NCBI GenBank assembly: GCA_012295275.1 | Contig: CM022671.1 | Span: forward strand, 25,482,001-25,546,000 | Direction: 5' to 3' | Length of the DNA stretch: 64,000 nucleotides | Source of the DNA: Chrysomallon squamiferum | Lineage: Eukaryota > Animalia > Mollusca | In this document: one piece after another, positions 27,001 through 40,578 of the stretch | Layout of the letters: every line of letters begins with the position of its first letter | Position numbering within the stretch: position 1 is the stretch's first letter | Made by a program: the position numbers and the translations under genes | Notes under the pieces: generated by a model | What the model was told of the DNA's origin: nothing | The model's database searches: none | The model's input: the letters and a program-made list of their open reading frames with translations, nothing else

Positions 27001-30000
27001 GTTGTAGCATTCTTGTCACCTTCAGTTGAAGGAACATTATTTTTATTATTTGATGAAGGTTTGCTAACTGCATGTTTCTTTACAGGATTAGTGAAAGGAG
27101 AATTCTGAGCCAACCTTCTAGATATGAAGACTGTCTTTGAATTCAGAACAATCTCATCAGCTGCAAGTGGAACACTGTTTCGTTTCATTGGAATTGGAAC
27201 TCTGATAGCATTTGTTTCACATGATGCACTTCTTGACCTGTTAGGAAAGGGGTTGTAATCTGAAATAGACAAGTTCCCTTTTATTTCAGACTTGTTAGTA
27301 CTGCTACACAAATCATCACAACTGCCTGTAAAAGATGATGCTGGTGAATCAACCCAGACTGGTTTAAAATAGGCAGACAAATTATTCATAATCTTTTGCT
27401 GATCAACATTAATAACATTACCACTAGATTGGTCATGTTTCGAAAATGTTGTATCTTTTTTAATAAATATTTTAGGCAATTTGTGTTTGTTGTGGTCTAA
27501 GGCACTTAATTCATGAAAATCTGAATCAACATCACTGAAACGTAATGGAGAGGTTGGCTTTGAATTTTTGAAACTGCAAACAGTCAGAAAAGCATTTTTT
27601 GTTACTCTCTGTTTCTGACATCTCATACCACCAGTAACATCTACACTTGATTTGAAATCTGATTCTAAAGGTGATCCTGAACATGGCAACTGATTATTTT
27701 GATTATACAGTACACCATCAGCTGATATTAGTACATATGGTGAATGAGATCCTAATTCTGAATTTAATTCTTGTTCAGACATCTGACATTCATTTTCCTT
27801 TGACATACACCTCCTGCTGAGAGAATCTTCTTCTTCATCCATTGTATTTTTCATGCTATTATCTGATATATTGTTATCTCTGGAATCAGAATTGACTACA
27901 ACAAAAGTATCATCATCTGAACATCCTTGTGAACCATCTATGCCACCATTTCTCAAAACAATGCTGTTGGACATGAAGCTAGAAACACTGACGAAGGATG
28001 AATTGTCTTCGTCTGATAACTGTCTGGGCAGTGGTGAATTTGGTCGCAACATGGGCAAACTGTCAACAGCCAGGTGATTGGAATCTGAAAAAGAAGTTAA
28101 ACCTTCTTCTGACAGCAAAGAGAACAAAGAGTCCACATCATGTAATGACACTGCTGGGGACACTGAAGCTGATTTTTCTTCAGTTCTTGTGAGAAAAAAA
28201 ACGTCATCAACTTCTTCATCAACCTGATCAGAGTAACAGGAGCTGTCTTTATCAGAGTTAGGCAATGCTAAATGTGAGCCTTTTCTCAGCATCCCTGCAG
28301 AAGTGTTTGTCTGCAATACCTGCTCATCTTCTGAAATATTTTTTGAAAAATTGTTTACATTTCCCTTCCTTTCTGTTTGTTTATCTGGAGGCATTGTAAA
28401 GAAGGACATACTCTGCTGTTCTGAACAAACATTTTCTCGTATTTTTTCAGACTCAGCTGTTTTCTGAGTGATGTCATCTAAACGATTCAGAAAAGATTTA
28501 GAATTCACAGACTGAAAAGTTTCATCAAAATATGTTGAATCTTCAGATGATTTCTGTTCGGTCAAAGCATCCAAGGAGATTTGTTTGACATCTGTATTAA
28601 AAATCTGTACAGAATTTACTGCTGAAAGTGCATGAAACTGATTTTTATCAAGATCATGGTCTTTACAAACATCACTTATACTTTCTTCCACTGAGGAAAC
28701 AACACTACCTTTACTAGGCGAAAATCTATCTTCATTAATCAATGTATGTTGTGGAACATCAATAAAAACAGATATCTCTTTAGATTTGTTATTAATATCT
28801 GCTAATAAAATGTTATCGCTTGACCTTGACAACATTGTTCTTCCGCTATCTTTGTCTAAATGTTTGGTAAATGGTGCATCCATGGAAGCTTTTGCTGTTA
28901 ATTCTGTTGTCTCCCAGAATGTTTGTGTGGAACTGTCAGAATGTTTTGCCTGAAACGGTACTGTGTTTGGCCATTTCAATGATTCTCTCATACAACTGTC
29001 TTCATCATATTCAGATTTTGATCCACTGCCACCTACCTGTACACACTTATCTGCTAAGGAGACATTGTTTCTGTTTTCCTGCAGATATTTCACTGGTAAT
29101 AAGTTACATTGTGTGGCAGAGTCCATAGTTAAGTAGAATATATCATCATCATCATCATAAAGAAAAACATTATCTGTTCTAGGCAATTCCATTATTGGAG
29201 ACAATTTTCCATCATCAACCTGGACAAATGCCTCTTTTTTAGCACGACCATCAAAATAATTAGTCTTGTTCTGCCTGTATGTAAATATACTCAGTGGCTC
29301 TTCTTCCATGCTGTCCATTGAAGGTACCATCAGAATATCTGAATTTCCTATTTCTTTTCTACTCATTAAACTGTTTCTTCTCTTCTCCATCTTCAAAGCT
29401 TTCTCATGCTCTAAATGTTTCAGCATTCCTCCAGTACTATGTCTTCTTTCAAGGGTGTCATTAAGTTTGAGATAATTGTCTGAGTCGTCTATATCTAAGC
29501 TGTCATTGGCATTGTCTAAACCCACTTCTATGACAGTGATGGGTGAGATGGGTATGGGAGATGCTGTAATGGATGATGATCGTGACATATTAACTGTAAG
29601 AAAATCTGAAGTCTGGTCTAAGCTTTGATTCATTTTGGCACACTGAAGTGATTCGGGCATTCTCTCCTTTGTCACATTGCCATCTACATCATGCAGTACA
29701 ATTGAAATCATTGCTGGCTCTACAAGCTTCTCAGCAGAAATCTTTGTCTCACACCTGTTTTCCATTATATCAGCAACCTCGATGCTGCTTTTTGACATCA
29801 TTGAATCTTCTGTTCCCAAAAGTCGGTAATTCTTAAGTTTTTCTGATGAACTTGTTTCTGATTTAGAACTTCTAGAATCCGATGTAAAGAGGGGTTCCTC
29901 TGCGTTTGTATAGACTGGTGAGTTGTATGATTCACTACTTGTTGATCTAGCTTCGTAAGAACTGACCTCAGATAGCAAAGAATCCTGTTTCTTCTGATGA

Positions 30001-31368
30001 AAATTATGATATTTTTTCTGTGACAAGCTCATTCTGGAACGTTCTTCATCATCTTCTGTGAGAGTTTCCAGACACAGAGGAAGTGACTTTTGTCTTGAGC
30101 ATGCCCACTGCTTTCGTTTCTTGGAGGTTGGGACCTCTGGGTGGTGTGGCTGTGCAGCTACTCTTTCAAGACATTCCCTTAAATGTTCAAAGTTTTCCCT
30201 GCCCATCAAACCTGGTCTAGGTGGGTGACTAATATGCTGAATGGTGGTTTCAACTGCTTGGTGCCTCAAAGATTTCAATGGACTTTCACCATTCTGCTCT
30301 GGGTATTTATGATAAACATTTTCATTATATATAGGTTGTCTCTCTTGGGGTACAGGTGACACATTTGTTATAGGTCCAGCTCGATTTGGGAAGTTATTAG
30401 ATGACTGTACAAGCTTGTTGTACCAGTCTCTGAGAAAACGTTCTGGAATAAAACTGTCTGAACCTGAGAAACCCAAATCAGAGAGCATTCTTTCTGCTGT
30501 GTAAGAGGTAAAAGGTGCAGCAGCTATCTCTGGAGGTGTTGATGGAGGCAAAGAACTTGTGTCTGGACTAAAATGTTTGCTTTTAGTCACTTCATGATAA
30601 ACTGGCACTGGTGGGCTACTAGCCTGGGACTGCATGTGTGATGAAGGTGAATTAACTTCCCAAGGGTCTGAACTTACTGAAGATGCACAGAATGCAGGAG
30701 CAGATGACAGACGGGCAAAATCAATGGCACTGGAGACAATGTCACTGAAACGACTGGAATCTATGGACTGAATACTTGATGATCGGCCCAGGTAGCTGAG
30801 GCTTGTTCTGTCTGGCTTTATGTTGAACTTGTATTTAGAAAATGGATACTCTTCTTCTTCCTCGTCGGGTATGATCAGATCTTTGCCTCTATCTCCATCT
30901 TTCTGTGACAAGGATGATTCTGAAGTAGAATACTGCTCAATTTTCTCATGCTGTCTCTTGGTGACTTTTGATGAAGGATACATATGCTTCAGACCAAGAA
31001 CTTTCCTGAACAAAGAGTCTGTGCTTCTAATGTTCTCACTGCTTATTCCTTGGTAATGATCCAGATCATCATAGCCAATGTCATTACAAAATGCCTTGCT
31101 GTTAAACCAGTCATTTTCTGCATATGCTGTAGGTGCTGAGAATGGCGTGTAGTTTGCCAAATCCAGAGATTTACGTTGCTGATAAATCGAGTCTACAGAA
31201 CTTGATGACTTAGAGAGACACAGAGATTCTACTTCATCGAATGTTGATGTTGCTGATGATGCAGCAGTAGGTGCTTTCTCTGTATGCCAGAACTCGCGTC
31301 CCCAAGGACTGTTACTGGCAGGCTGGTACAAAACATCATCTTTGGGGAATCTCTGTCCTTGCTGTTTG
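24054..31368 (-). CDS. Giant 7315-nt terminal exon: ~2440-aa Ser/Asp-rich, probably disordered scaffold with a KRAP/ITPRID-like motif
   Basis: Uninterrupted 2451-codon ORF. The probable real 5' boundary is the acceptor ttttgtgttcacag|C (phase 2), because the first ~13 ORF codons are polypyrimidine tract. TAA stop at 24054. Confidence 0.92.
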
Positions 31369-31516
31369 CTGTGAACACAAAACAAAACAAATTTGTTTAT
31401 TAAAGACACTATAATAAAGACTTCATTTCTTGACTGAATAGTTTTTTTTTTTTTAGTTCAGAACAAAAAATATAAAATATCTACGACGTGAAATATTATT
31501 GTCATAGTGATAATAT

Positions 31517-31689
31517 AGATAAATTCAATTTATTTTTAAAATAAATTAATATATAAAATAAGCTGTTCTATCTTTTTAATTTACAGTTAATAATAAAAAT
31601 GCTAATAAATGTTTTATGAATAAGTGGATGAACGATGTGAATAAAGAATTTTTAGTTAAAAAGATCATATCATTAACAAACAAACAAAA

Positions 31690-31700
<11 letters not shown>
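31517..31700 (+). repeat. ~190-bp AT-rich element, inverted partner of 44365-44580
   Basis: TAGATAAATTCAATTTATTTTTAAAATAAA...GAATAAAGAATTTTTAGTTAAAAAGA..ATCATTAACAAACAAA aligns with the reverse complement of 44365-44580. Confidence 0.8.
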
Positions 31701-31721
<21 letters not shown>

Positions 31722-33034
31722 TAATAATACTGATGATGATGATGATGATGATGATGACAAATATATTTTTCATAATTAACTTTTCACAAAATTCAACATA
31801 TTACTCTTAAAAAGTCTCAAAAAAAAGAAAAAAAAAGAAAGAATAATAAATAAATAAAATAATATAATGACCAATCTTATACAAATTAGAATACAATTAA
31901 AATATTAATAAATTCAAAAGGATAACACTTAACACACACAAAGAATTTTAATTCCAGTCAAGCCAGAACTTAACAACACCACCCTAGCTATTTCTTATCT
32001 TCTGTTGTTTTTAACTTAGATTGTGTCATTAAATATTCTTCTTGCATGTATGTGTAAGTAAACTGAACATTTCTGGGGTTTATTGGCTTAGCTTTGATAC
32101 ATTAAAATAATAACAGTAATTTTTTAATTCTAAAGGTCTGCAAACTTGAAAGCAGTTTGAAAGGAGAAAGCAGCCATTATTTAATTTGATTTAAGTCAAA
32201 TAAACTGTTTGCTTAATTAGAATGTCTTAGATAAAAAACAAAAAGAGATTTAAAAAAAAAGCTAAAATACAGATAAAAAGAAAGATGTTTACATTCTGAT
32301 AACAGATACTGAGGTTATGTCTTTAAACAAATCTTTATCTCAGTATTGTCATGGTTACCACAGAAACAATGATGTCAGTATTGGAAAAAAGAAATTTTTT
32401 TTACTTGTTTTTGTTTAGACTTTTTGAGAATACTGGCATTATGTTTCAAACAGAAAATACTTCAGTTGTAGACATTTTTCACTTTATCATTAAAAAAACG
32501 GAATTAGAAAACATAATTTACTAATTAACTTGAGATGATATTCAAAGTACCTAAAATATTTTTTTCAATATTTCAATAAAATGTTTAATGCAGTTGTTTT
32601 TCTTAACAACATAATAATAAAAAGAATAATGAATTTTTTAAAATATTTTAGTTCATTCATAAGAAATATATAAAATTTAAAGACATTAAAGTAAACTTAA
32701 TGATAAATGTACTTATCTTGTAGACAGACATTAACAATGGAGATATTTTCTGTCTTTTAGTAAGCTAAAACATCAAATTTCGATAACCTATTCAGAATTT
32801 ATTTTTAATGATCATATTCCATTTATTTATTCTTCTTTTATTTGTTTAATTATTTATTGTTTATGTTTGTGTTTAGTTAGTAATCTATTTATCTATCTAT
32901 CTGTTTATCTGTCTATTAATCTGTCTATCTAAATACCTCTCTATTTATTTACCTGCTTGTCTGTCTATTTATTTAATTATGATATTTGTATTTTATTTAG
33001 TGAGTAGATAAAAGATCTGGTGTTTAACACATCA

Positions 33035-33175
33035 CAGGATCGGTTATCTCCAGTCCTTCCACTGAGCTCTCTCCTGTACTAGACACCACTCCAACACTGG
33101 TTTACCAAAATCTGTGGCATGTGCTCCCCCGTTTATGGGAAGGCACATGCTAAATGATTAAATTTGCTGATAACC
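33035..33175 (+). mobile_element. SINE-like dispersed repeat fragment
   Basis: CTGGTTTACCAAAATCTGTGGCATGTGCT..TATGGGAAGG..TTTGCTG is shared with 5680, 35296 and 52090 (reverse). Confidence 0.45.
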
Positions 33176-34399
33176 ACTAACAAACAGTCCAGTTACAGCA
33201 GTGTGTTTTATCATATTTGTGTTCATTACCAAAAAGCAACAACAACAACAACAACATACAAATATATGTCAGATGTAAATAACCATTAACAATACTATGT
33301 GTTGAGATGTCATTACACAAATCTTTATTTACTCTTTATTTATTTTTAATTCTTGTTTTTTTTTAAACTGTTTCATTTGATAATTCAAACTATGCAATTG
33401 TACTGCTGATTTACTCAAGAATTTGTTTCTGAACAATCGTTTATTCAGATATTACATTCTTAAACTGATGAAGTTTTTTTCTTTTTTTCTGTTTTATTTT
33501 CCCCAAAGGGCACAAAAAGATGTGAAAAAGGAAGATCACAAAAAATGAAAAACCCAGATATGTAATAGCTGTAAATATTAAACAACTATACTTTTACTCT
33601 TTATTTATTTTTAATTCATACCATAAAGTTATTAATTCAATAATAAGAATCTACAGTGCAGACTTAACTCTTCTTCTTCTTGAGTAATTTTTCTGAGTAG
33701 TATAAAAAGACAGTTAAGTGAAGAGGAAGATTAAAACTGATTACATCACTCGTGTCTAATGAAATGTCACGGACTGAAAATAGATGTATTGTGGTGCTAA
33801 TGGCAAATCTGTAGATTATTAAAACAATAGTAATTGCTTTTTAGTCGATGTGTACAAAATAAAATACGACAGTACAATGATTAATGGCAGCTATAATGTA
33901 AATACAGCAGCAGTATTATTAAAAAAAAATTAAAACGTCTGTTCGTTTATTCACACATTGATCAGTTTCTTCATATATTTATTCATATATATATATATAT
34001 TCAAATTTTCTGACAATTTGTTCTTCTGACCATCAATCCATCCTTCCATTCATCCAACCATTTATCCAAATACTATTCAAAATGGCTTTCTTTCTTTATT
34101 TTTTAACTGAAAAATAGCTAATTATGAATTATAGAAATAAATTATTTATAATATATATGGAATAAAAATTTCAGATAAAAATGTGTGTCTTTTGATATAT
34201 CTTAAAGAAACAATGGACTGAAACAAATTAGTTTATAAATGTGTGTGTGTGTATGTGTCTATGGATATATATGTATGTTTGTATGTATATATATATGTAT
34301 GTATGTATGTACATTTGCATGTATATAATTATATGCTGAAGTCAAGAAACAGTTATTAATTCAATACAAATATTAAGGTTGTTGGGGTTTTAATTATTA

Positions 34400-34640
34400 A
34401 AACTGATTTTATAACATAATGCCAAGTAACTAAGCTTTAAATTCATTTTACAACATCATGCCAAATTATCAGTTTTAAAATTTATTACAAAATATGTCGC
34501 CAGATAATCAAGTCTAAAATTTATTTCATAACTTTTTGCCAGATAATCAGATGTTAAAAATCGATTTTACAATTTGATGCAAGATAATCAAATATTTAAA
34601 CTGATTTTATAACTCAATGCTGGATACTGAAGCATTAAAA
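34400..34640. repeat. Degenerate ~39-bp tandem repeat
   Basis: About 6 recurrences of GCCA(G/A)ATAATCA..AAA.T.ATTTTA.AA. Confidence 0.6.
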
Positions 34641-35289
34641 TTTATGATACCGTACTTTTTTCTTACAAACAGGAACTGAACAAACATGACCTGTTAATAA
34701 TTTAAGATTTGTCATCTGAAACTGATGAAGTAGCACATTATATTTAATTATCCGTGAGGAAAAACTGCACAAAGCAAATGAATGTGTGAATATTAACTAT
34801 TCCCTAAGGTCTATTTGTCTCTGTTCTGCACATTACCAATCACTTTCAGAGAGATTAGGTCAGGCATCTGAGCAAAAAAAGTAATCATTCATTTATGGAT
34901 TCTAGAAGGATTTCCAGTCTGTGAGAGGGTAGATGTTAAACATCATTTGCAGCTAATCAGTACAAAGAAATGTATTTCTTCTTACTGTTGTTATTATGTG
35001 TGTGTGTGTGAGAGTGTGTGTGTGTGTGTTTATATATAATAAAAAATAAATATGATTAATTTTTGTTTGATTCAAATTCAGAAGCAAAATGGGGATGAAC
35101 ACCTTTGTGGTGGTAACATTCTAATAAAGATGGACAGTAGATACAGTGTGCTTAATGAAGATCCCAGACATTCAGAATCTGAATCAAGTGTGAGGAGAGG
35201 CTGTCATTCACTGAATACAGTACAAGGTTGGGGTATGCTGGTTTATAGGATCGGTTCTTCTCAGTGCACCCAAATGGTCATTATTTACG

Positions 35290-35365
35290 TGCTTAGTGAC
35301 CAGTTTATCAAATGCTTTCTACTCTATGGGAAGGTGCAGTTTATATAAAATATTTTGCTGCTAGT
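35290..35365 (+). mobile_element. SINE-like dispersed repeat fragment
   Basis: GTGACCAGTTTATCAAA..CTATGGGAAGGTGCA..TTTTGCTGCTA is shared with the other copies. Confidence 0.45.
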
Positions 35366-36336
35366 CACAAAGAGTGACCCAAAATAATGCACAGCAGGTT
35401 TTCTTATCATTACTGTGTTTAACTGCAAGTACATGAAATATAAATTAAGAATGTATGGAGTGCATCATCCTTAAATCTACATGCAAAGCAAATAACCAGC
35501 TTATTTTAAAACTATGAGTGATTTTTAAATAAGATTATTTCATCCTTTCTCTAGATCCAGTATCAATATCAGCACTATTTGTAAACACTCAGATACTTGA
35601 ACTTAGAAATGAATGCCCAAGTCTATAAGAAAACTTTATTTAAATTTTTTGAATTTCTTTTTTTTTGTGTGAACAGAATAGAACTGTAACAATTCAAATA
35701 AAATGTTCTACTCTCAGATTTTTATTAAGTATCAAGAATTAAAAACTATATTTCATAAATAAGCAAGCAGTTCAATTTCACAAACACACATTAACCATAC
35801 TAACTGAACATTTTAAGTTCACCAACTGCTAATATAAAAAAGCATGACAATGAAATGAACGTATTTGTCTCTTGTCCAAGTTGGATATGTCCAGTCTATT
35901 AATTATTATTATTAATTATCTTGGTTTTCTTTTCCTTCCTGGAATCACATGTTTTTCTCATATGAACTAACATTTCAGAGTTGTTTACCATCAGAAGTTA
36001 AATTCAAGGTTCACTCTTTGTTTTAACACAAAGCAAACCATTAGCTTGATTTATATTCAGTCAGAGAGAAGCCCCATTAACTTTATTACATTTTGAATAG
36101 CAGTTTATAAGACAATGGATCTTCTTAGTTTGCCAACAGAGGATGATTGTTAAGTGATTGCATGTGTATTTTAAGGGTAATACTTACTAATATACAGATA
36201 TAACACACACACACAGACATAGCATGTGTGTGTGTGTGCATATATATGTGCATATTTGTTTGTATGTGTGTGTCTGTGTCTCTGTGTGTATGTTTGTGTG
36301 AGTGTGTGTGTTTGTGTATATGTGTGTCTATATGTA

Positions 36337-36380
<44 letters not shown>

Positions 36381-36525
36381 TACATAAATGTGTATAATTA
36401 TATGTATATAAATATAAATTTATATATGGATAAATAGATAAGAAATTTATTAATGATAATTTAAATATTTCATTTTAATACAGAATAACAACATATTCCA
36501 ATATCACTGGATTTTAAACACATAC

Positions 36526-36533
36526 CTCATCAT
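36526..36533 (-). CDS. Coding end (ATG ATG AG) of a candidate alternative first exon
   Basis: CAAAATGATGAG|gtatgt: CAAA-ATG start context, strong phase-2 donor matching acceptors at 31368 and 19538, and a locally CpG-retaining 5' flank. Confidence 0.55.
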
Positions 36534-37050
36534 TTTGAAGACTTCTGCAGAACTAACGATTAATCGGCATTGTGTACACAAGTCGAGACTCCAAGCGAAT
36601 CCAAAACATTTTAACTTACGACACTGTCAAGCAACATCACCAGTGTTGATATATCATTTACCTAAGTACGTTTTTAATCCAGGTGAGATCATTTTCACCT
36701 GTGATATAATAAAAAGCATATATAAAAATGAGGGCGTGTCTATGAACTACATGGCTCTGTTTGACTGTTTCCAGTTTCACAGATAATCAATATTGTTCAA
36801 GTAAACCTCGACAAACACATCCTGCTGTTTGTCATTTGCCTTTATGACAGGTACACCAGTAAACACAGTCACCTGTTAAAAAAACGACCTTGCTAATTTT
36901 ATTTATTTATCTCTTTTTATTCTGTTTGTCCTCCTGTTAATTGAAAAATGACACTATGTATTTGTCCACCTGTTGTGAAAGTTGTCGTAATCTGTATGTA
37001 ATATACCGCTTTACAGATACATTCCATACACGATCGCAAAAATAGGTGTC
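36534..37050 (-). promoter_or_regulatory. Candidate internal promoter / 5'UTR
   Basis: Visible cluster of CpG dinucleotides within an otherwise CpG-poor gene body, immediately 5' of the candidate start and donor. Confidence 0.4.
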
Positions 37051-37348
37051 TCATTAGGGATATGATGAAAAATGAAGATAGTTGTATTGGCATGTAACAA
37101 ATCTGTATTGTTCTATCTCAACACTTAATCAAGTGGTGGTACTGTTAGCCTCTGTTATGTAATTATCAGGCAGTCAGTCTACAGCTAGGAGTCACTGACT
37201 GCAACACTGCTTCATAAACTTTATTAACAGTAACTGTAACCTGACTTCACTACACCACAGTAGGAACATTTCTGTTGTTGGCAGATATCGTATTTAAAAA
37301 ATTAAAAATTTAAATTTGTAATGAAACGTGTTTTCTGAGCTTGTCAGT

Positions 37349-37355
37349 CTGTCCT

Positions 37356-37441
<86 letters not shown>

Positions 37442-37729
37442 GAAATAATAATACAATAATAACAACATCAAAAATAATAATAATATATAAAGAAAATATA
37501 TTACTGATAAATAAATAAATATATAAATAAATAAATAAATAAATAAATAGTATTAATAAACAAATAAAAAAATTAATGATAAATAATATAATTATTTATT
37601 TCAAAAGCATATTCTGTGCAGGGTGACATATATCATGACACCCTCTTTAGAAAATGTATATATTTTGAAAATAGTGCATTATGAAATGTACAGTTATACT
37701 CAAATTGCATTATGTAATAAATATGTAAT

Positions 37730-37818
<89 letters not shown>
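37349..37818. repeat. Microsatellites (GAT)n(AAT)n, (AAAT)n and (AG)n
   Basis: Directly visible. Confidence 0.9.
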
Positions 37819-37821
<3 letters not shown>

Positions 37822-38966
37822 CACCATTTTCTGTATAGGGTGTAAGGAAAGTCAGTGACCAATTTAGATCTGGACAAGACTAAAGCCAAAAGATTTCTTT
37901 TATTTGTCAAAACATTTATACTGAATTTCCTTTTATATTATGAAAGCAGTAGTTCATTTAGTTCATGCTTAAATCAGTCACTGAGTGATGTACAAAGAAC
38001 ACCCTTTGATAAAACAGTTTTTCAGCACTGGTTAGAACTGGAAATGAACTGATCACATGACACACAGAGAAAACAATAAAACAACAATGAAAAAAAAAAG
38101 AAGTAAAACATAAATAAAAAACCAGATAATTCAGAAAGTTAATTAAAAAAAAAAAAAAATAAACACATTAAAAAAATGGAACGGAGAATCCATAGTATCG
38201 GAGAATCCATAGAAAGATACACTTTTCTGAACAACTTTCGAAGTTAAAAAATTATGGGAAAAAAAAAGTATTTTTTGAAAAAAGATACATTCAAAATTTT
38301 GAGTTAGAAATAACCTCTTTACCAGAGATCCTGTGTTGGTTTTGCTAATTAACAGCAAACATTTTTACTATGGCAAATGACACTCGATGCATTGTACTGA
38401 ACCAGTTGTAAAAAGTGATACATTTACTGGAGTTTCTGTTAAAATACAATACACTGTGATTGCCTTAGTAGTCACTAGCTGCAAGGAGAAAGTCAAAAAT
38501 CAAGATAATGTTTCTAAAGAAACTCAAAAGGTTAAGCACACTATTTTTTCATTCCCTCTGTGTACTGCTCACAAAACAATTCCTAATTTTAAAAAAAAGC
38601 TGTTATTTATTTAATAACTACACATACTAGTTAATTTGTCTAAAAAAATCTGCAACAAATTAATAATGAAACATAAAGAGCAACATTATTCCATATTAAA
38701 AAAAAGAAAAAAAGAAAAAAAAGAAAAGGAATTTACTTTTTACTGTTAAGTCCATCTTTGGTTAAATTAAGAAATTGTCTAAATATATTATTAAGCAAAC
38801 TTCCAAGTTATGTTTTCTTTCAGCTGTCCAATCTTAATTAATAATGAAGAACAGCAATAATAGAGCATAGTTTCTCTGAGTTGGTAACATCATCATGTAA
38901 AAGATGACTGATTTTCTGTAGCTTGTTTTGGTGCAATCAGCTAATATTCATTTATCAGAAACCATC

Positions 38967-39195
38967 TACACAATGACATCATGAGTCCAGATGTAAAGAT
39001 ATCACAACGCCAGCAATCTGATCTTTTATAACATTTTGTTATAAGCAATGACACTGTTGTGTACAAGTGATTTTCTCTAGCTTATTTCAGTGCAGTCAGG
39101 TAACACACACTTTTCAAACACTATGTACACTATGACATCATAGTCCAGATGTAATGATGTCAAATGCCATGATTCTGATGTTTTATAAAATTATC
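38967..39195. repeat. Diverged direct duplication of a ~70-bp unit, period ~155
   Basis: TACAC.ATGACATCAT(G)AGTCCAGATGTAA.GAT.TCA at 38967 and 39126. Confidence 0.7.
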
Positions 39196-40485
39196 ATTTT
39201 ATGGCATACTTAATTATAAGCAATGATATGCTGCCCAAAACAATAAATTAATAAGTTGGAAGTATAAAGAATTTTCATGTACTAAATTTTTCCTAGTGCA
39301 AAAGATACACTTTAAAGTACAAAAAAAAGCCATATATAATTATATAAATAAAATAATTTTAAACATAAAATCAGAATAACCAACCTTGTTAAAGATGAAC
39401 ATAATCCTTGCCAACAGCAGTTCCAAAGTGTTGAAATGATACATAGTAGAAAACGAAATTAATGAAACCAAGAAAGAAAAAAAAAAAAGTCTAATTATAA
39501 ATGCTTAATAGCAAAGTAACATTAGGAATCTAATCCATAACAGCTGTTTTGATGAAGCCATTGCCATGGAAACTGTCATGTGACCAGTCATTCAGAAATA
39601 TTTTATAAAAATAATGAAAAAAAAAAAAAAGAAGAAATCTGTAATATTTAAAAGTAAGTTAAGAATTTTGATTTAAGTCAAATCAAGAATAATTAGAAAG
39701 TAGTTACATGTTTAAATGTTAAATATAAATTTTATGTACTGGTGTATAAATTCTAATTTTTTTTTCACTGCAATAAACAAGAAGGTAAAGAATTTTTCAA
39801 AAAATTAAGTTTGTAGGAATATTTTCTTTCTTCTTTTCATACTATAAAAAAAAAAAAAAAGTATTACAAATTTGTATATTTTTTAAAGATTCATATCTCC
39901 TGTATACTTTTTGCTTGATTTACATTTTCTTATTTGCTCTTCCAGTTCTGTTTTATTATTTTTAATTTACACCTTTCTCCTCTCTTTTAATTGTTGTGTT
40001 TTACTCTAGGGTACATTTTATATTATAATTTGTTCTTATTTCTACAACTACTATGATATGAATGTCTGTAAAACATATCAGTCTATTTATTTTTGAAAAA
40101 TTGTAGAATTTTCAAACCAACAAAGATCTAATTATATTCTTAAATTGTTTTCTAATAAATTTTAAAACCAGTGGATATCAAATTAAAAAATGGCTGATTT
40201 AATAATATGTAGGGTTGCTTAAATTTAAATCATTTTCCAGAAATACGTTCATCCTATATGGACCACGGCACACTGAGACAATACTGTTTCCAAAATGATG
40301 ACATGTTAATAGTTCAAGTAATTTTTCTGTTGTTAAAGATTTAAACCGTGATTAAAAAGTGTACAGGACTCAGATGTCATACACTGGAAATTATCATCAA
40401 ACACAGGAAGTTAGTAATTAGAGACACTAAAAAGTTTACATCCATTTATTTTGTTTTGCTTAATGATGTTACATGCATTGATTCT

Positions 40486-40578
<93 letters not shown>

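Noticed and set aside
24070-31056. Plus-strand ORFs antisense to the giant exon
   Set aside because: Short shadow ORFs of the minus-strand coding frame, with no independent exon structure.
24054-31368. Giant ORF as a retrotransposon or viral polyprotein
   Set aside because: No RT, protease, integrase, transposase or helicase motifs and no LTR/TIR seen; composition is that of a disordered cellular protein.
31369-31409. N-terminus MSLINKFVLFCVH of the 2451-aa ORF
   Set aside because: It starts at a non-ATG codon (GTG) and coincides with the polypyrimidine tract and acceptor, so it is intronic.
38737-38778. Possible 42-nt phase-2 cassette exon (QFLNLTKDGLNSK)
   Set aside because: Weak donor and acceptor and intron-like composition; not supportable without RNA data.
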